Below, one piece after another: positions 1 through 9,939 of a DNA stretch of 64,000 bases. Made by a program: the position numbers and the translations under genes. The notes under the pieces were generated by a model. The model did not search any database. It worked only from the letters and a program-made list of their open reading frames with translations, and had not been told where the DNA came from. The stretch is from an uncultured Saprospiraceae bacterium (lineage in GTDB: Bacteria > Bacteroidota > Bacteroidia > Chitinophagales > Saprospiraceae): NCBI GenBank assembly GCA_964573725.1, contig CAZNLJ010000015.1, positions 43,738-107,737 on the forward strand, read 5' to 3'. Positions within the stretch are counted from its first letter, which is position 1. Each line of letters begins with the position of its first letter.

Positions 1-124
1 CGGTGCGGAAGGATTCCCGAGGGACCGCACCGGAGGGCGGTTTTATCAGGAACGAACGGGATCGACGGAAAAGTATGAGGCACCGGAAAAAATAAGCCGG
101 CGGGACCGGCGGACCACCGGCGCG

Positions 125-160
125 AAAAAAAGCCGTGGACCAAGGGTCCGCGGCTTTTTT
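125..160. terminator. Bidirectional intrinsic terminator; serves the minus-strand DUF1573 gene
   Basis: An 11-bp hairpin (AGCCGTGGACC / GGTCCGCGGCT, one G-T wobble) is flanked by A6 upstream and T6 downstream. On the minus strand it reads hairpin followed by T7. Confidence 0.7.
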
Positions 161-234
161 CAGGTACCGGCCTTGCCGGGTAAGGCGTTGGGCCGGATGC
201 CGGCCCAACCCGTCTCTTGAGATAGGCAGGGCGA

Positions 235-666
235 TCAGCGGCCGCCGAGACCTTTGCTGCCGGCGGGAACACTTTCCTCGCTGGGTTTCGGATTGACCTT
301 GCCCTTGATCTTGAGCGTGTGGGTCGGGGTGGCCTCGTTGGTGGTCAGCGTCACCGTCTTTTGGAAGGGGCCGATCCGCTTGGTGTCGTAACGGACCTCG
401 ATGTTACCGGTTTCCCCCGGCAGGATCGGGTCTTTCGGGTAGCTCGGGACCGTGCAACCGCAGGAGCCTTTGGCATTGCTGATGATCAGCGGGGCGTTGC
501 CGGTGTTGGTGAACTTGAACACCCGCAGCGGTTCGGAATCCTGGAGGATCTCCCCGTAATCCACTTCGGTGGATTCGAATTTCATGACCGGTCCTTCCGT
601 GGATTGCGCGAATGCGGAAAATGCCAGGAGGGCCGTCATGGACAGGAGCAAGCTGAGTTTTTTCAT
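235..666 (-). CDS. DUF1573 domain-containing secreted protein
   Basis: N-terminal signal peptide (MKKLSLLLSMTALLAFSAFAQ). Has the DUF1573-typical core FKFTNTGNAPLIISNAKGSCGCTVP. Confidence 0.8.
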   Translation of the reverse strand: MKKLSLLLSMTALLAFSAFAQSTEGPVMKFESTEVDYGEILQDSEPLRVFKFTNTGNAPLIISNAKGSCGCTVPSYPKDPILPGETGNIEVRYDTKRIGPFQKTVTLTTNEATPTHTLKIKGKVNPKPSEESVPAGSKGLGGR

Positions 667-710
667 CAGTGACTTTTTTTATGTTGAAAATGGAATAGGT
701 TTGACAGCCA

Positions 711-718
711 CAAAAGTA
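711..718 (-). promoter_or_regulatory. Candidate Bacteroidota -7 promoter box (TACTTTTG) for the DUF1573 gene
   Basis: The reverse complement of caaaagta matches TAnnTTTG about 45 nt upstream of the ATG at 666. TTTG motifs lie further upstream. Spacing was not verified. Confidence 0.3.
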
Positions 719-1249
719 CCGATTCCCGCAAACAAATAAAAACCGGCGGATCACCTATTCCGTTAACGACATGTTAACCGGCGGTGTCCCGTTTCTTTCC
801 CTTCCAAATTCGGAAAGCCGCCGACCTCCCGTGGGCATCGTATCGCGGGCGGTTTCGGCAGACCGGCTAAAAGCCTTTTATTACCCTGAAAACCAGTTCT
901 TTGTCTATGCAACAAGCCAAACAGGGCACACGCACGGATTCACTTATCCGGTGTACCCTTCCCGGAAAATGCCATGGGGAGCCGGGAAGACTGTCTGTCG
1001 GACTCTTTATCTTTGTAAGACAAAGGGTTGATTGAAGTCCCGCCTAATCCCGTGTCGTCCTTTCCCCCACCGGCCCGCACCCGCGGCCGTAGCCCGGTAT
1101 ATCCGAAAACAAAAAACAATATTTCTTGTTTTTATTAATTTTTAGTTTTAACTTCCGCTCAAAACACGTTTTCACATGAAATAAAGAATATTATTTTCCT
1201 TAATTGCATACACTTCCTTCACACCATCAATCAAAAGCAACATTCGGGT

Positions 1250-3661
1250 ATGATAGAGAATCTGACCAAAGGCACCAGGAGCGTAGCGGGCGGGCAACCG
1301 GACGAGGCATACCGGCAGCAAGTCCTGGAGGATTATTGGATTTGCTGCATCAGTCGGGAAGTGAGCATCCAGGGGCGCAAGGAGGTATTGGGCGGCAAGG
1401 CGAAGTTCGGGATATTCGGGGATGGCAAGGAAGTGCCGCAGGTGGCCATGGCGAGGGCTTTCCGCAAGGGGGACTGGCGTTCGGGCTACTACCGGGACCA
1501 GACGTTCATGATGGCCCTGGGCCTGGCGACCGTGGAGGAGTTTTTTGCCCAGATATACGCCGACGCCGAGCACGACCCCTGGTCGGGCGGCCGGCAGATG
1601 AACAGCCATTTCGCCACGCCCAGTTTCGACGGGGAAGGCGAGTGGTTGGAGCAGAAGGCCCAATATAACGTATCGGCCGACATCTCGTCCACCGGAGGCC
1701 AGATGGCCCGGGCCCTCGGCCTGGCACAGGCATCCCGGAAATACCGGGATTTTCCGGGTTTGGACCCTTACGCCCAATTTTCCTACAACGGCGAGGAGGT
1801 CTGCTTCTGTACCATCGGGGACGCCTCCACCTCGGAAGGTGTCTTTTGGGAATCCATCAACGCTGCCGGCGTCATGCGCGTACCCATGCTGATATCGGTA
1901 TGGGACGACGGGTACGGCATCTCCGTCCCCAAGAAAATACAGACCACCAAAGGCTGTATTTCGGAGGTATTGGAAGGTTTCCGGGTCAACGAGTACGGGG
2001 AAGGCATCGACATTTATCGGGAGAAGTGCTGGGATTACCCGGCCTTGGTGGCCCTGTACCGGAAGGCGGCGGAAAAGACCCGCACGACCCATATTCCTGC
2101 CCTGGTCCATGTGGAGGACTGCACCCAGCAGTTGGGGCATTCCACCTCCGGTTCCCACGAGCGTTACAAATCGGCGGAACGGCTCCAATGGGAAAAGGAA
2201 TACGACTGCCTGCGCCTGATGGGCAAATGGATGGTGGAATCGGGCCTGGCCACCGAGGAAACCCTCAAGGGCATGCGCGACAAGGCGAAGGCCCACGTCC
2301 GGGCCGAACGGGAAAAGGCCTGGAAAGCCTTCCAGCAACCCATCCTCGCCAAGGTGCGGGAAATGGATGCCGTGTTCGCCGCGCTTCCGTCCGACCATCC
2401 CGCCGCCGCCAAGATCGGGGCGTTGCGGGAGGAACTCAAATCGCTGCACCATCCGGTGCTTTCGGATATCTACCGAATCGGCCGGCAACTGTCCTACCTG
2501 TTCCGCAGGGATTCCGCGCCCGAGATCCTGACCGATTTCCTCCGCCAAATGCGTACCCAGGGGGAAGACCGGTATCGGACCCACCTGTACGCAGGCGGCA
2601 AGTACGCCGCCCTCAACGTACCGGTCGTGCCGCCGGTCTACTCGGAACAATCCCCCCTGAAGAACGGCTATGAGGTACTGAACACCTTCTTCGACAAGGC
2701 ATTCGAGAAAGATCCCCGGTTCTTCGCCTTCGGGGAGGATGTCGGCAAGATCGGCGGCGTCAACCAGGCGCTGATGGGCCTGCAGGACAAGTACGGGGAA
2801 AAAAGGGTGTTCGATACGGGCATCCGGGAATGGACCATCATCGGCCAGGCCATCGGCCTGGCCATGCGGGGGCTGCGGCCCATGGCGGAAATCCAGTACC
2901 TCGACTACCTGATCTATGGCCTGGAACCCCTGGCGGACGACCTCGCCACCCTCCGGTATCGCAGCAACAACCTGCAACGGGCCCCCGCCATCATCCGCAC
3001 CCGCGGTCACCGCTTGGAGGGCATTTGGCATTCCGGCTCGCCTATTGGCATGATCCTGAACGCTTTGCGTGGCATTTACGTACTCGTGCCCCGGAATTTC
3101 GTCCAGGCGGCCGGGCTCTACAACACCATGCTCCACTCCGAAGACCCCGCCCTGGTCATCGAATGCCTGAACGGCTACCGGCTCAAGGAGAAAATGCCGG
3201 ACAACATCGGCGAGTATACCGTCCCGATCGGCGTGCCGGAAATCCTCACCGAGGGCAAGGACCTGACCCTGGTCACCTACGGCTCCTGTGTCCGGATCGC
3301 CTTGCAGGCGGCGGAACGCTTGCTGGCCGACGGGATTTCGATGGAAGTGGTGGACGTCCAGACCCTCCTGCCTTTCGACCTGGAGCACCGGATCGTGGAT
3401 TCCCTGAAAAAGACCAACCGGGTGATGTTCCTCGATGAGGATGTCCCGGGCGGCGCATCCGCCTACATGTTGCAGGAAGTGTTGGAAAACCAGGGCGGAT
3501 ACCGGTACCTGGACAGCCCGCCCGTCACCGTAACGGCCCAGGCGCACCGGCCTCCCTACGGATCGGACGGGGACTACTTTTCCAAACCGAATGCGGAGGA
3601 CATCTACGAGGCCGCCTACCGGATGATGTCGGAATCCGCTCCGGACGCATTCCCGGGCTGA
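1250..3661 (+). CDS. Fused alpha/beta E1 component of a 2-oxoacid (branched-chain type) dehydrogenase, TPP-dependent
   Basis: 803 aa. The N-terminal half resembles E1-alpha. The C-terminal half carries the transketolase-like pyrimidine-binding and C-terminal domains of E1-beta (FAFGEDVGKIGGVNQ..., RTRGHRLEGIWHSGSP). Confidence 0.85.
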   Translation: MIENLTKGTRSVAGGQPDEAYRQQVLEDYWICCISREVSIQGRKEVLGGKAKFGIFGDGKEVPQVAMARAFRKGDWRSGYYRDQTFMMALGLATVEEFFAQIYADAEHDPWSGGRQMNSHFATPSFDGEGEWLEQKAQYNVSADISSTGGQMARALGLAQASRKYRDFPGLDPYAQFSYNGEEVCFCTIGDASTSEGVFWESINAAGVMRVPMLISVWDDGYGISVPKKIQTTKGCISEVLEGFRVNEYGEGIDIYREKCWDYPALVALYRKAAEKTRTTHIPALVHVEDCTQQLGHSTSGSHERYKSAERLQWEKEYDCLRLMGKWMVESGLATEETLKGMRDKAKAHVRAEREKAWKAFQQPILAKVREMDAVFAALPSDHPAAAKIGALREELKSLHHPVLSDIYRIGRQLSYLFRRDSAPEILTDFLRQMRTQGEDRYRTHLYAGGKYAALNVPVVPPVYSEQSPLKNGYEVLNTFFDKAFEKDPRFFAFGEDVGKIGGVNQALMGLQDKYGEKRVFDTGIREWTIIGQAIGLAMRGLRPMAEIQYLDYLIYGLEPLADDLATLRYRSNNLQRAPAIIRTRGHRLEGIWHSGSPIGMILNALRGIYVLVPRNFVQAAGLYNTMLHSEDPALVIECLNGYRLKEKMPDNIGEYTVPIGVPEILTEGKDLTLVTYGSCVRIALQAAERLLADGISMEVVDVQTLLPFDLEHRIVDSLKKTNRVMFLDEDVPGGASAYMLQEVLENQGGYRYLDSPPVTVTAQAHRPPYGSDGDYFSKPNAEDIYEAAYRMMSESAPDAFPG

Positions 3662-3669
3662 AACTTATC

Positions 3670-3687
3670 GGAATCGGCACCGATTCC
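3670..3687 (+). terminator. Hairpin immediately after the E1 stop codon; possible terminator without a U-tract
   Basis: GGAATCGG-CA-CCGATTCC inverted repeat, 9 nt after the stop at 3661. Confidence 0.35.
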
Positions 3688-3894
3688 CCGGGAGGTTAAA
3701 CCTTTGGGCCGCCTGCTTGTTCTCTAGGAAGAACCGTTTGGTCCGCCCTGTCGGAACAGCCTGAGGCACGTCGACCCTGTGCGCTCCCGGTGCGTACGCA
3801 GACCCGGCGTCATCCTGGTCTTTCCACCGGCCTTCGGCATCCACGCCACAAACGGCCCGCACGGTTCGGTCCGGTTGCAAACGAGGTGCCCGTC

Positions 3895-5295
3895 ATGTTG
3901 TTATTCCTGATTACATCGCTTTCCTTATTGGCCTATTGGGTGGTTTGCCGTTCGCATGGGTGTGTCCTGGCGACCGTAGCATGCACAGGTCCTTCCGCCT
4001 GCCGCTCCGGGTGGAAAGAAACCGCGCCGATCCGCCGCACGCTTCCGCGCAGGCAGGTATCCCGGTTCCCGCTGCATGCCCGCCATGGGGTCCGGTACGT
4101 CTCCGTCCACCACAGCCTGGATTCCGCGGAGAAGGTATGGCGCGCCCTGGCGGATGACCGGAACCTGTTCCTGTCCGTGGATTATATGCGGGCCCTGGAA
4201 AAGAGCCCGCCTGCCGGCATGCGGTTCCGATACCTGGTTTTCGAGGAGGAAGGGGTTCCCGTCGGGCTGGCCTACTGCCAGGTTGTGTCCCTGCACCCGG
4301 CCCGGGACATCTCCTTACCAAACCTGCGTGCACACTACGGTCGGCAGCCGTTGCGGAACTGGCTGCTCCGACTGGTCGTCCCGACCCTGCTGGACAAGGA
4401 GTACAAGGTTCTGGTCTGCGGAAACATGCTCTTGACAGGCGCCGCCGGTTATCAATTCAAGCGCTCCCTGTCGAGGAAGGCGGCGGCGGACCTGCTTTCA
4501 CAAGGTCTCCAGCGAATCCGCCGGCAATTGGCGGCGGAAGGCATGGCGGTCGCGGCCTGCCTCATCAAGGATTCCTCCGGGAAAGGTGAGCCTGCGCCTC
4601 CCTTCCCTTCCTTCGGTTTCCGGACCCTCCATTTCCAGCCGAACATGGTGCTACCCCTGGACAAGGAATGGCGGTCGATGGCGGATTATGCCCGGTCGCT
4701 CAGCTCCAAGTACCGGGTCCGCTACCGGAAGGCCATGCGGAAAGCGGAACCGCTGGCTTTGCGCGAGCTCTCACTCGGCGAGACCGTCCGGTGGCAACCC
4801 CGACTCCGGGAATTGTTCCTTTCCGTCTCGCAACGCCAGGATTTCAACCTGTTCTCCCTGGGCGACGCGTATTGGACCAGCCTCCTGCGGGACTTGGGCG
4901 GCCGTTTTCGAATCTTCGGGTATTTTTCGGAAGATTCCCTGGTCGGGTTCTTCACCACCCTGCTGAACGGCGACACCCTCGAAGGTCATTTCCTGGGTGT
5001 GGACAAGGAGACGAACAAGGAGCACCAGCTGTACCTCCATATGCTTTATGAAATGATCCGCATCGGCATCGAATCCGGTGCCACCCGCGTCCACTATGCC
5101 CGGACGGCACCGGAAATAAAAAGCACCGTGGGCGCCGTACCCCAGGATCTCTGCAACCATTTGAAAATCAGCAATCCGCTACTTCATGCCGTTTTCCCCA
5201 CCCTCCTCCGGCTCCTGATGCCGGAACAGCCTTGGGTGCCGCGCAACCCTTTCCGGTCCGAACAGCCGGAGGAAGTGTCGGCGGATCCAGAATGA
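3895..5295 (+). CDS. GNAT / FemAB-like (BioF2-like) acyltransferase family protein
   Basis: The C-terminal region resembles FemAB-like/GNAT acetyltransferases (LYLHMLYEMIRIGIESGATRVHYARTAPEIKS). The start is uncertain. The first ~100 residues after M3895 are Cys/Arg-rich and may not be translated, and the ORF-track start 3790 is unlikely. Confidence 0.55.
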   Translation: MLLFLITSLSLLAYWVVCRSHGCVLATVACTGPSACRSGWKETAPIRRTLPRRQVSRFPLHARHGVRYVSVHHSLDSAEKVWRALADDRNLFLSVDYMRALEKSPPAGMRFRYLVFEEEGVPVGLAYCQVVSLHPARDISLPNLRAHYGRQPLRNWLLRLVVPTLLDKEYKVLVCGNMLLTGAAGYQFKRSLSRKAAADLLSQGLQRIRRQLAAEGMAVAACLIKDSSGKGEPAPPFPSFGFRTLHFQPNMVLPLDKEWRSMADYARSLSSKYRVRYRKAMRKAEPLALRELSLGETVRWQPRLRELFLSVSQRQDFNLFSLGDAYWTSLLRDLGGRFRIFGYFSEDSLVGFFTTLLNGDTLEGHFLGVDKETNKEHQLYLHMLYEMIRIGIESGATRVHYARTAPEIKSTVGAVPQDLCNHLKISNPLLHAVFPTLLRLLMPEQPWVPRNPFRSEQPEEVSADPE

Positions 5296-5592
5296 CCGTC
5301 CGGTCCCGAGGCGCCAGGACGCCGCACAAACCGTCCCGTTCCGGGCGCGGCGGCGCGGTCGCCGGCATCAAGCCGGCTTACACCCGAACCCGCTCCTTTT
5401 TTTTTGTCCCATTCCAATAAATCCCCAAGGATACGTATATTTCGGGCAGGTAAACGGCAGCGCGCAACCGGCGTATGGATATGCTCGGCGGAAAGGAATC
5501 AAATCGACCCGATCCCTTCACAAATCGGCACCAGACGTACCGACCCCATCAGCTGACACCGTGAAACAATCACTTCCGCCAACGGAGAAGCC

Positions 5593-6933
5593 ATGCTGGA
5601 ATTCCTGCAACCCATCGTCACCTTTTTGAAAGAACGCTTCAACCTGTCGGAGGACCGGGTGAACGAGGAACAGGTCGTGCAGGAGATCCGTCGGGCGGTG
5701 GAGTTCAAGGGCGTCAACGTCTGGGTCTTGATCTTCGCCATCATGCTCGCCTCCATCGGGCTGAACGTCAACTCCACCGCAGTCATCATCGGTGCGATGT
5801 TGATTTCGCCGCTCATGGGACCCATCGTCGGAATCGGCCTGGGGGTCGGCATCAGCGACCTGGAGCTGATCAAGAAGGGCGCGAAAAACCTGGCCATCAT
5901 GGTCGTCATCAGCGTATTGACGTCCACCCTGTACTTCCTGCTCAGCCCGTTGCAGTATGCCCAATCGGAGCTCCTCAACAGGACGACGCCGACCGTATAC
6001 GATGTGTTCATCGCCTTTTTCGGCGGACTCTCCGGGATTGTCGCCACCTCTTCCCGCGAACGCGGCAACGTGGTGCCCGGCGTCGCCATCGCCACCGCGC
6101 TGATGCCACCGCTCTGTACCGCCGGCTACGGCCTGGCCACCGGCACCCTGCGCTACTTTGCCGGCGCTTTCTACCTGTTCAGCATCAATGCGGTGTTCAT
6201 TTGCTTTTCCACCTTGCTGATTGTCCGGTTCCTCCGTTTCCATGAGGTGAGCTTTGTCAGCCAGCAGATGCGGGACCGGGTCCGGACCGCCATCTGGGTC
6301 ATCTTGGCGGTCATTGTGATTCCCAGCACCTTCATCGCCCGGAAACTGGTGCTGAAGTCGATTTTCGAAAAAAAGGTCGGCGAGTTCGTCTACCAGGAAT
6401 TCCGCTTCGCGGAGACGGATGTCATCAAGTTCGAAAGCACCTACGCCCCCAAATCGATCTCCATCTCCCTGTACGGGAGCCCGCTCGACAGCAATACCCT
6501 CGACAACCTCCGGCAACAGCTGTCCACCTATGGGTTGGACCAGGTCGCCCTGCATATCAAGCAGAACGAGCGCTTGCTGGACGAGGAGGATATCCGGTCC
6601 CAGGTCATGCAGACCTACCTCGAAATCAACCTGGACAGCATCCGGAGCAAGGACCAGCGGATCGCCCTGCTCACCAACGAACTGATGCGATACCGGATGC
6701 AATCCTACCCGACGGACAAGATCGCCCTCGAGGCCAGCAGCCTCTACCCCGCCATCGATGAATTCAGCCTCCAGTCGGTGGTCAACTACGACAACAAAGG
6801 CATACCCATCGATACGTTCCAGCTGGCGCTGGTCAAATACAACAAAAGGCCCAGTGCGCAACAACTGGAAACGTTCCGCAACTGGCTCCGGGTCCGCATC
6901 GATGCGGATCAGCTGGAAATCATCGTGCAGTAA
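5593..6933 (+). CDS. DUF389 domain-containing membrane protein
   Basis: Multi-pass hydrophobic N-terminal half with the DUF389 signature AVIIGAMLISPLMGPIVGIGLG. Soluble C-terminal domain. Confidence 0.8.
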   Translation: MLEFLQPIVTFLKERFNLSEDRVNEEQVVQEIRRAVEFKGVNVWVLIFAIMLASIGLNVNSTAVIIGAMLISPLMGPIVGIGLGVGISDLELIKKGAKNLAIMVVISVLTSTLYFLLSPLQYAQSELLNRTTPTVYDVFIAFFGGLSGIVATSSRERGNVVPGVAIATALMPPLCTAGYGLATGTLRYFAGAFYLFSINAVFICFSTLLIVRFLRFHEVSFVSQQMRDRVRTAIWVILAVIVIPSTFIARKLVLKSIFEKKVGEFVYQEFRFAETDVIKFESTYAPKSISISLYGSPLDSNTLDNLRQQLSTYGLDQVALHIKQNERLLDEEDIRSQVMQTYLEINLDSIRSKDQRIALLTNELMRYRMQSYPTDKIALEASSLYPAIDEFSLQSVVNYDNKGIPIDTFQLALVKYNKRPSAQQLETFRNWLRVRIDADQLEIIVQ

Positions 6934-7001
6934 GAGCCCCTGCCACCTGTCGGTTACATCGCCCCCGCTCCGATACACTTCATTTACAAAATATCACAAG
7001 C

Positions 7002-9080
7002 ATGAAACCCATTCAAATCGCAACGACGGCCCTATTGGCCCTGCTCTCCGTATCCTGTTCCGACAACCGGATACAGTCCCCCGTGGAAACGACCGCCGAA
7101 AAAGACGAACGGATGTCCTGGTGGCGGGAAGCCCGCTTCGGGATGTTCATCCACTGGGGGCTCTATGCCGTTCCGGCGGGGGAATGGGACGGCGTCACCA
7201 ACTACGGCGAATGGATCCGCAACAACGCCCGTATTCCGCTGGATGTGTACGACCAGTTCCGGGAGCAGTTCAACCCCACGGCATTCGATGCCGACGCGTG
7301 GGTCCGGATGGCCAAGGACGCCGGCATGCAGTACATCGTCATCACCACCAAGCACCACGACGGATTCTGCCTTTTCGACAGCCGGGAGACGGACTTCGAC
7401 ATCATGTCGACCCCGTTCCGCCGCGACATCATCGCGGAACTCGCCGAGGCCTGCGCCGCCCAGGGCATCCGGCTGGGATTCTACCACTCCATCATGGATT
7501 GGCACCATCCGGATTACCTCCCGCGTCGTCCCTGGGAGACCGACCGCCCCACGGAAGGAGCTGATTACGACCGCTACGTGCAATACATGAAGCACCAACT
7601 CGCGGAGTTGTGCCAAAACTACGGCGAGGCCCCGGCCATCCTGTGGTTCGACGGGGAGTGGGAAAGCACCTGGACCGGCGAACGGGGTGTCGACCTGTAC
7701 CGGTATGTCCGGAACCTCAAACCGGACATCCTCATCAACAACCGGGTGGGCAACGCCCGGGAGGGGATGGCCGGACTGACCCGCGAAGGGGAATTCGGCG
7801 GCGATTTCGGAACCCCGGAACAGGAGGTACCCGCCAGCGGCATGCCGGGTGTGGACTGGGAAAGCTGCATGACCATGAACGGCAACTGGGGCTACAACCG
7901 GGCGGACAAGCAATTCAAATCCGTCGGGACCCTGCTGCACCACCTGGTCGACATCACCTCCAAAGGTGGCAACTTCCTCCTCAATGTCGGGCCGACCGCC
8001 GAAGGGCTGATCCCTCCGGAAAGTGTGGACCGGTTGGCGGCCATCGGCCGTTGGACCCGTGCCAACGGCGAGGCGGTCTACGGCACTTCCCCGGCCGTCT
8101 TCGACCGGCCGGCCTGGGGCCGGATCACCCAGCGCCGGACGGAAAAAGGTATCCGCATGTACCTGCATGTGTTCGAACGGCCGGAAAGCGGCGTCCTGCG
8201 GCTGAACGGTGTGCTCAACGATCCGGAATCCGTCGGCTTCCTCGCCGCTACCGACCTTCCCGCACCGACATGGTCGCGGGAGGCGGACGCCCTCCTCATC
8301 CGACTTCCGGAGACCTTGCCCGATTCCCATGTGTCGGTCGTTCGCCTGGACCTGACCGGCAGCCCGGAATTTTACCTGCCGCCGACCCTGCAGGCCGACC
8401 GCCCGGGCTTCCTGACGGAAAGTGTGGTGACCATCCAGGCATCCGGCGGACCGGAGCTGTCCATCCGCTATACCGTGGACGGCGAGGAGCCGACCGTCGC
8501 CAGCGAACTTTATGCCGGACCGCTGACCTTCCGGGAGAGCACCCTGGTGCGGGCAAGGGCCTTCCGGGCGCAGGATCCCGTCAGCGGGACCGCCGACCTG
8601 ACAGTCACCCGATGGGATCCGCAAGCCGCTTCCGGGGAACATGCCCTGGCACCGGGATGGTCCTACCGCTACTTCGAAGGCGCCTGGAACGTTTTGCCCG
8701 AAATGGATCGGCTGCAGCCCGTCCGGACCGGCACCGTCAAAGGACCGGAAATGCCCGTCATCCCCGCCGACGGCGAAAATTTTGCGTATGAATACCGCGG
8801 CTTCCTGGAAGTCCCCGCCACCGACCTGTACACCTTCCACCTCCGCTCCGACGACGGAAGCCGCCTATGGGTCAACCAAACGCTCGTCATCGACAACGAC
8901 GGACCACACGGCTCCAAGACCGTCGGCGGATCGGCCGCCCTTGCGGCCGGAAAACACGAGGTCCTGTTGCGGTTTTTCCAAGCCTCCGGGGGCCACGAAC
9001 TGGGGCTGGAATGGGAATCCTCCCGCATGGGGAAAGTGCCGGTCCCGGCAAACGCCTGCTTCCATGTCCCGCCGAAATGA
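7002..9080 (+). CDS. Alpha-L-fucosidase (GH29) with C-terminal chitobiase/Hex-C-like and PA14 domains
   Basis: Lipoprotein-type signal (LLSVSCSDN). GH29 core (RFGMFIHWGLYAVPAGEW, KHHDGFCLFDS). C-terminal PA14-like block (YEYRGFLEVPATDLYTFHLRSDDGSRLWVN). Confidence 0.85.
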   Translation: MKPIQIATTALLALLSVSCSDNRIQSPVETTAEKDERMSWWREARFGMFIHWGLYAVPAGEWDGVTNYGEWIRNNARIPLDVYDQFREQFNPTAFDADAWVRMAKDAGMQYIVITTKHHDGFCLFDSRETDFDIMSTPFRRDIIAELAEACAAQGIRLGFYHSIMDWHHPDYLPRRPWETDRPTEGADYDRYVQYMKHQLAELCQNYGEAPAILWFDGEWESTWTGERGVDLYRYVRNLKPDILINNRVGNAREGMAGLTREGEFGGDFGTPEQEVPASGMPGVDWESCMTMNGNWGYNRADKQFKSVGTLLHHLVDITSKGGNFLLNVGPTAEGLIPPESVDRLAAIGRWTRANGEAVYGTSPAVFDRPAWGRITQRRTEKGIRMYLHVFERPESGVLRLNGVLNDPESVGFLAATDLPAPTWSREADALLIRLPETLPDSHVSVVRLDLTGSPEFYLPPTLQADRPGFLTESVVTIQASGGPELSIRYTVDGEEPTVASELYAGPLTFRESTLVRARAFRAQDPVSGTADLTVTRWDPQAASGEHALAPGWSYRYFEGAWNVLPEMDRLQPVRTGTVKGPEMPVIPADGENFAYEYRGFLEVPATDLYTFHLRSDDGSRLWVNQTLVIDNDGPHGSKTVGGSAALAAGKHEVLLRFFQASGGHELGLEWESSRMGKVPVPANACFHVPPK

Positions 9081-9165
9081 CCGAACTGATTATTGTCAAC
9101 CGAAGGCGTGACCCGGGTCATGCAGGTAGGCGGCGCAAATGGTTTAGTTTGCGGTTCAACAAAAC

Positions 9166-9576
9166 TTGATCCATATGACAACTCAGACTAAATCCCTGCC
9201 TACCAGCGACCTCCACTTCGAACACAAATACTGGCTCAACGAATTGAAATTCGCGGCCAGTGAGCTCCTGCTCTTCCAGCAATACCTGGAAAGGCTGGTC
9301 CAACAAGAAGGACCGGTCGATTTTTTTGCCCAGATCGAACAATACCAGAACCAGTTCATCCGGGAAAAGGAAGTCATCGACATCATGCAACGCGATATCC
9401 GCCGCCATGAACAGAAATTGGCCGAGTTCACACGCAACCATCCGGTCACATACGACCTGTACGAAATGGATGACCACGACGAACTGCGCGAGGGCATGGA
9501 TCGGTTCCGAAAGATATTCGGGGAGCTGAAATCCAACTTCTTCCACTTTTATTACCAAGGTCGGGCGGCGGCATAG
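9166..9576 (+). CDS. Hypothetical helical protein (conserved Bacteroidota family, unknown function)
   Basis: 136-aa ORF with protein-like, helix-rich composition and no signal peptide. No family name recognised. Confidence 0.55.
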   Translation: MIHMTTQTKSLPTSDLHFEHKYWLNELKFAASELLLFQQYLERLVQQEGPVDFFAQIEQYQNQFIREKEVIDIMQRDIRRHEQKLAEFTRNHPVTYDLYEMDDHDELREGMDRFRKIFGELKSNFFHFYYQGRAAA

Positions 9577-9641
9577 CCCCTACCCCACCCCCGCCGCCGG
9601 ACCGCCTTGGCGAGGGTGGCCGAACCGGGTCGCCGGCCATG

Positions 9642-9678
9642 CAGGAACGGCGCCGCCACCCCGGCGGCGCCGTTCCTG
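9642..9678 (+). terminator. Perfect 16-bp GC-rich hairpin downstream of the 9166-9576 gene
   Basis: CAGGAACGGCGCCGCC-ACCCC-GGCGGCGCCGTTCCTG, 65 nt after the stop. No U-tract. Confidence 0.5.
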
Positions 9679-9939
9679 TATGGCCGGGTGCTTGGCTTAT
9701 CCCTGCGGTGACCCGGCAGGGAAGCCGGGTCGACCGGTGAAAAATCAGGCCTGCTGCCGTCCCACAGGTCCCGATTGGGTGCAAAGTCCTTACCTTTGCC
9801 TGTATGCGGCCGTCCCCCGGCGGACAGGTCGTCCTGCCCACGGCCCACGAACGGCAGGGATGTCACCCATCGGACAAAGGCCGTGGTCGGCCGGCGCTCC
9901 CGAACCATCGGCTGCTGGTCCGCCACTAAACAAGCGCAA

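Noticed and set aside
771-1031. 86-aa plus-strand ORF in the DUF1573/E1 intergenic region.
   Set aside because: It has no signal, motif or protein-like periodicity. It is Arg/Pro/Gly-rich and sits in a divergent promoter region.
1172-3547. 791-aa minus-strand ORF opposite the fused E1 gene. Similar giant antisense ORFs occur at 5518-6978, 7032-8840, 9790-12114, 14358-16049, 16140-18185, 19059-21092, 21143-22879, 25076-28000, 32526-34121, 44731-47643 and 57897-59528.
   Set aside because: Their products are Arg/Gly/Pro/Val-rich and low in complexity, with no recognisable motifs. They are codon-aligned mirrors of genes with clear family signatures. They are explained by avoidance of TTA/CTA/TCA in the sense genes.
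9775-9939. N-terminal extensions offered by the ORF track. They affect 9775 for the PQQ dehydrogenase, 3790, 24562, 28157, 30780, 32550, 36635, 40720, 49755, 51254, 54871, 56500 and 59255.
   Set aside because: The extensions are Arg/Pro-rich with no family similarity. Internal Met codons coincide with signal peptides or with conserved family N-termini. Several extensions would overlap neighbouring genes.
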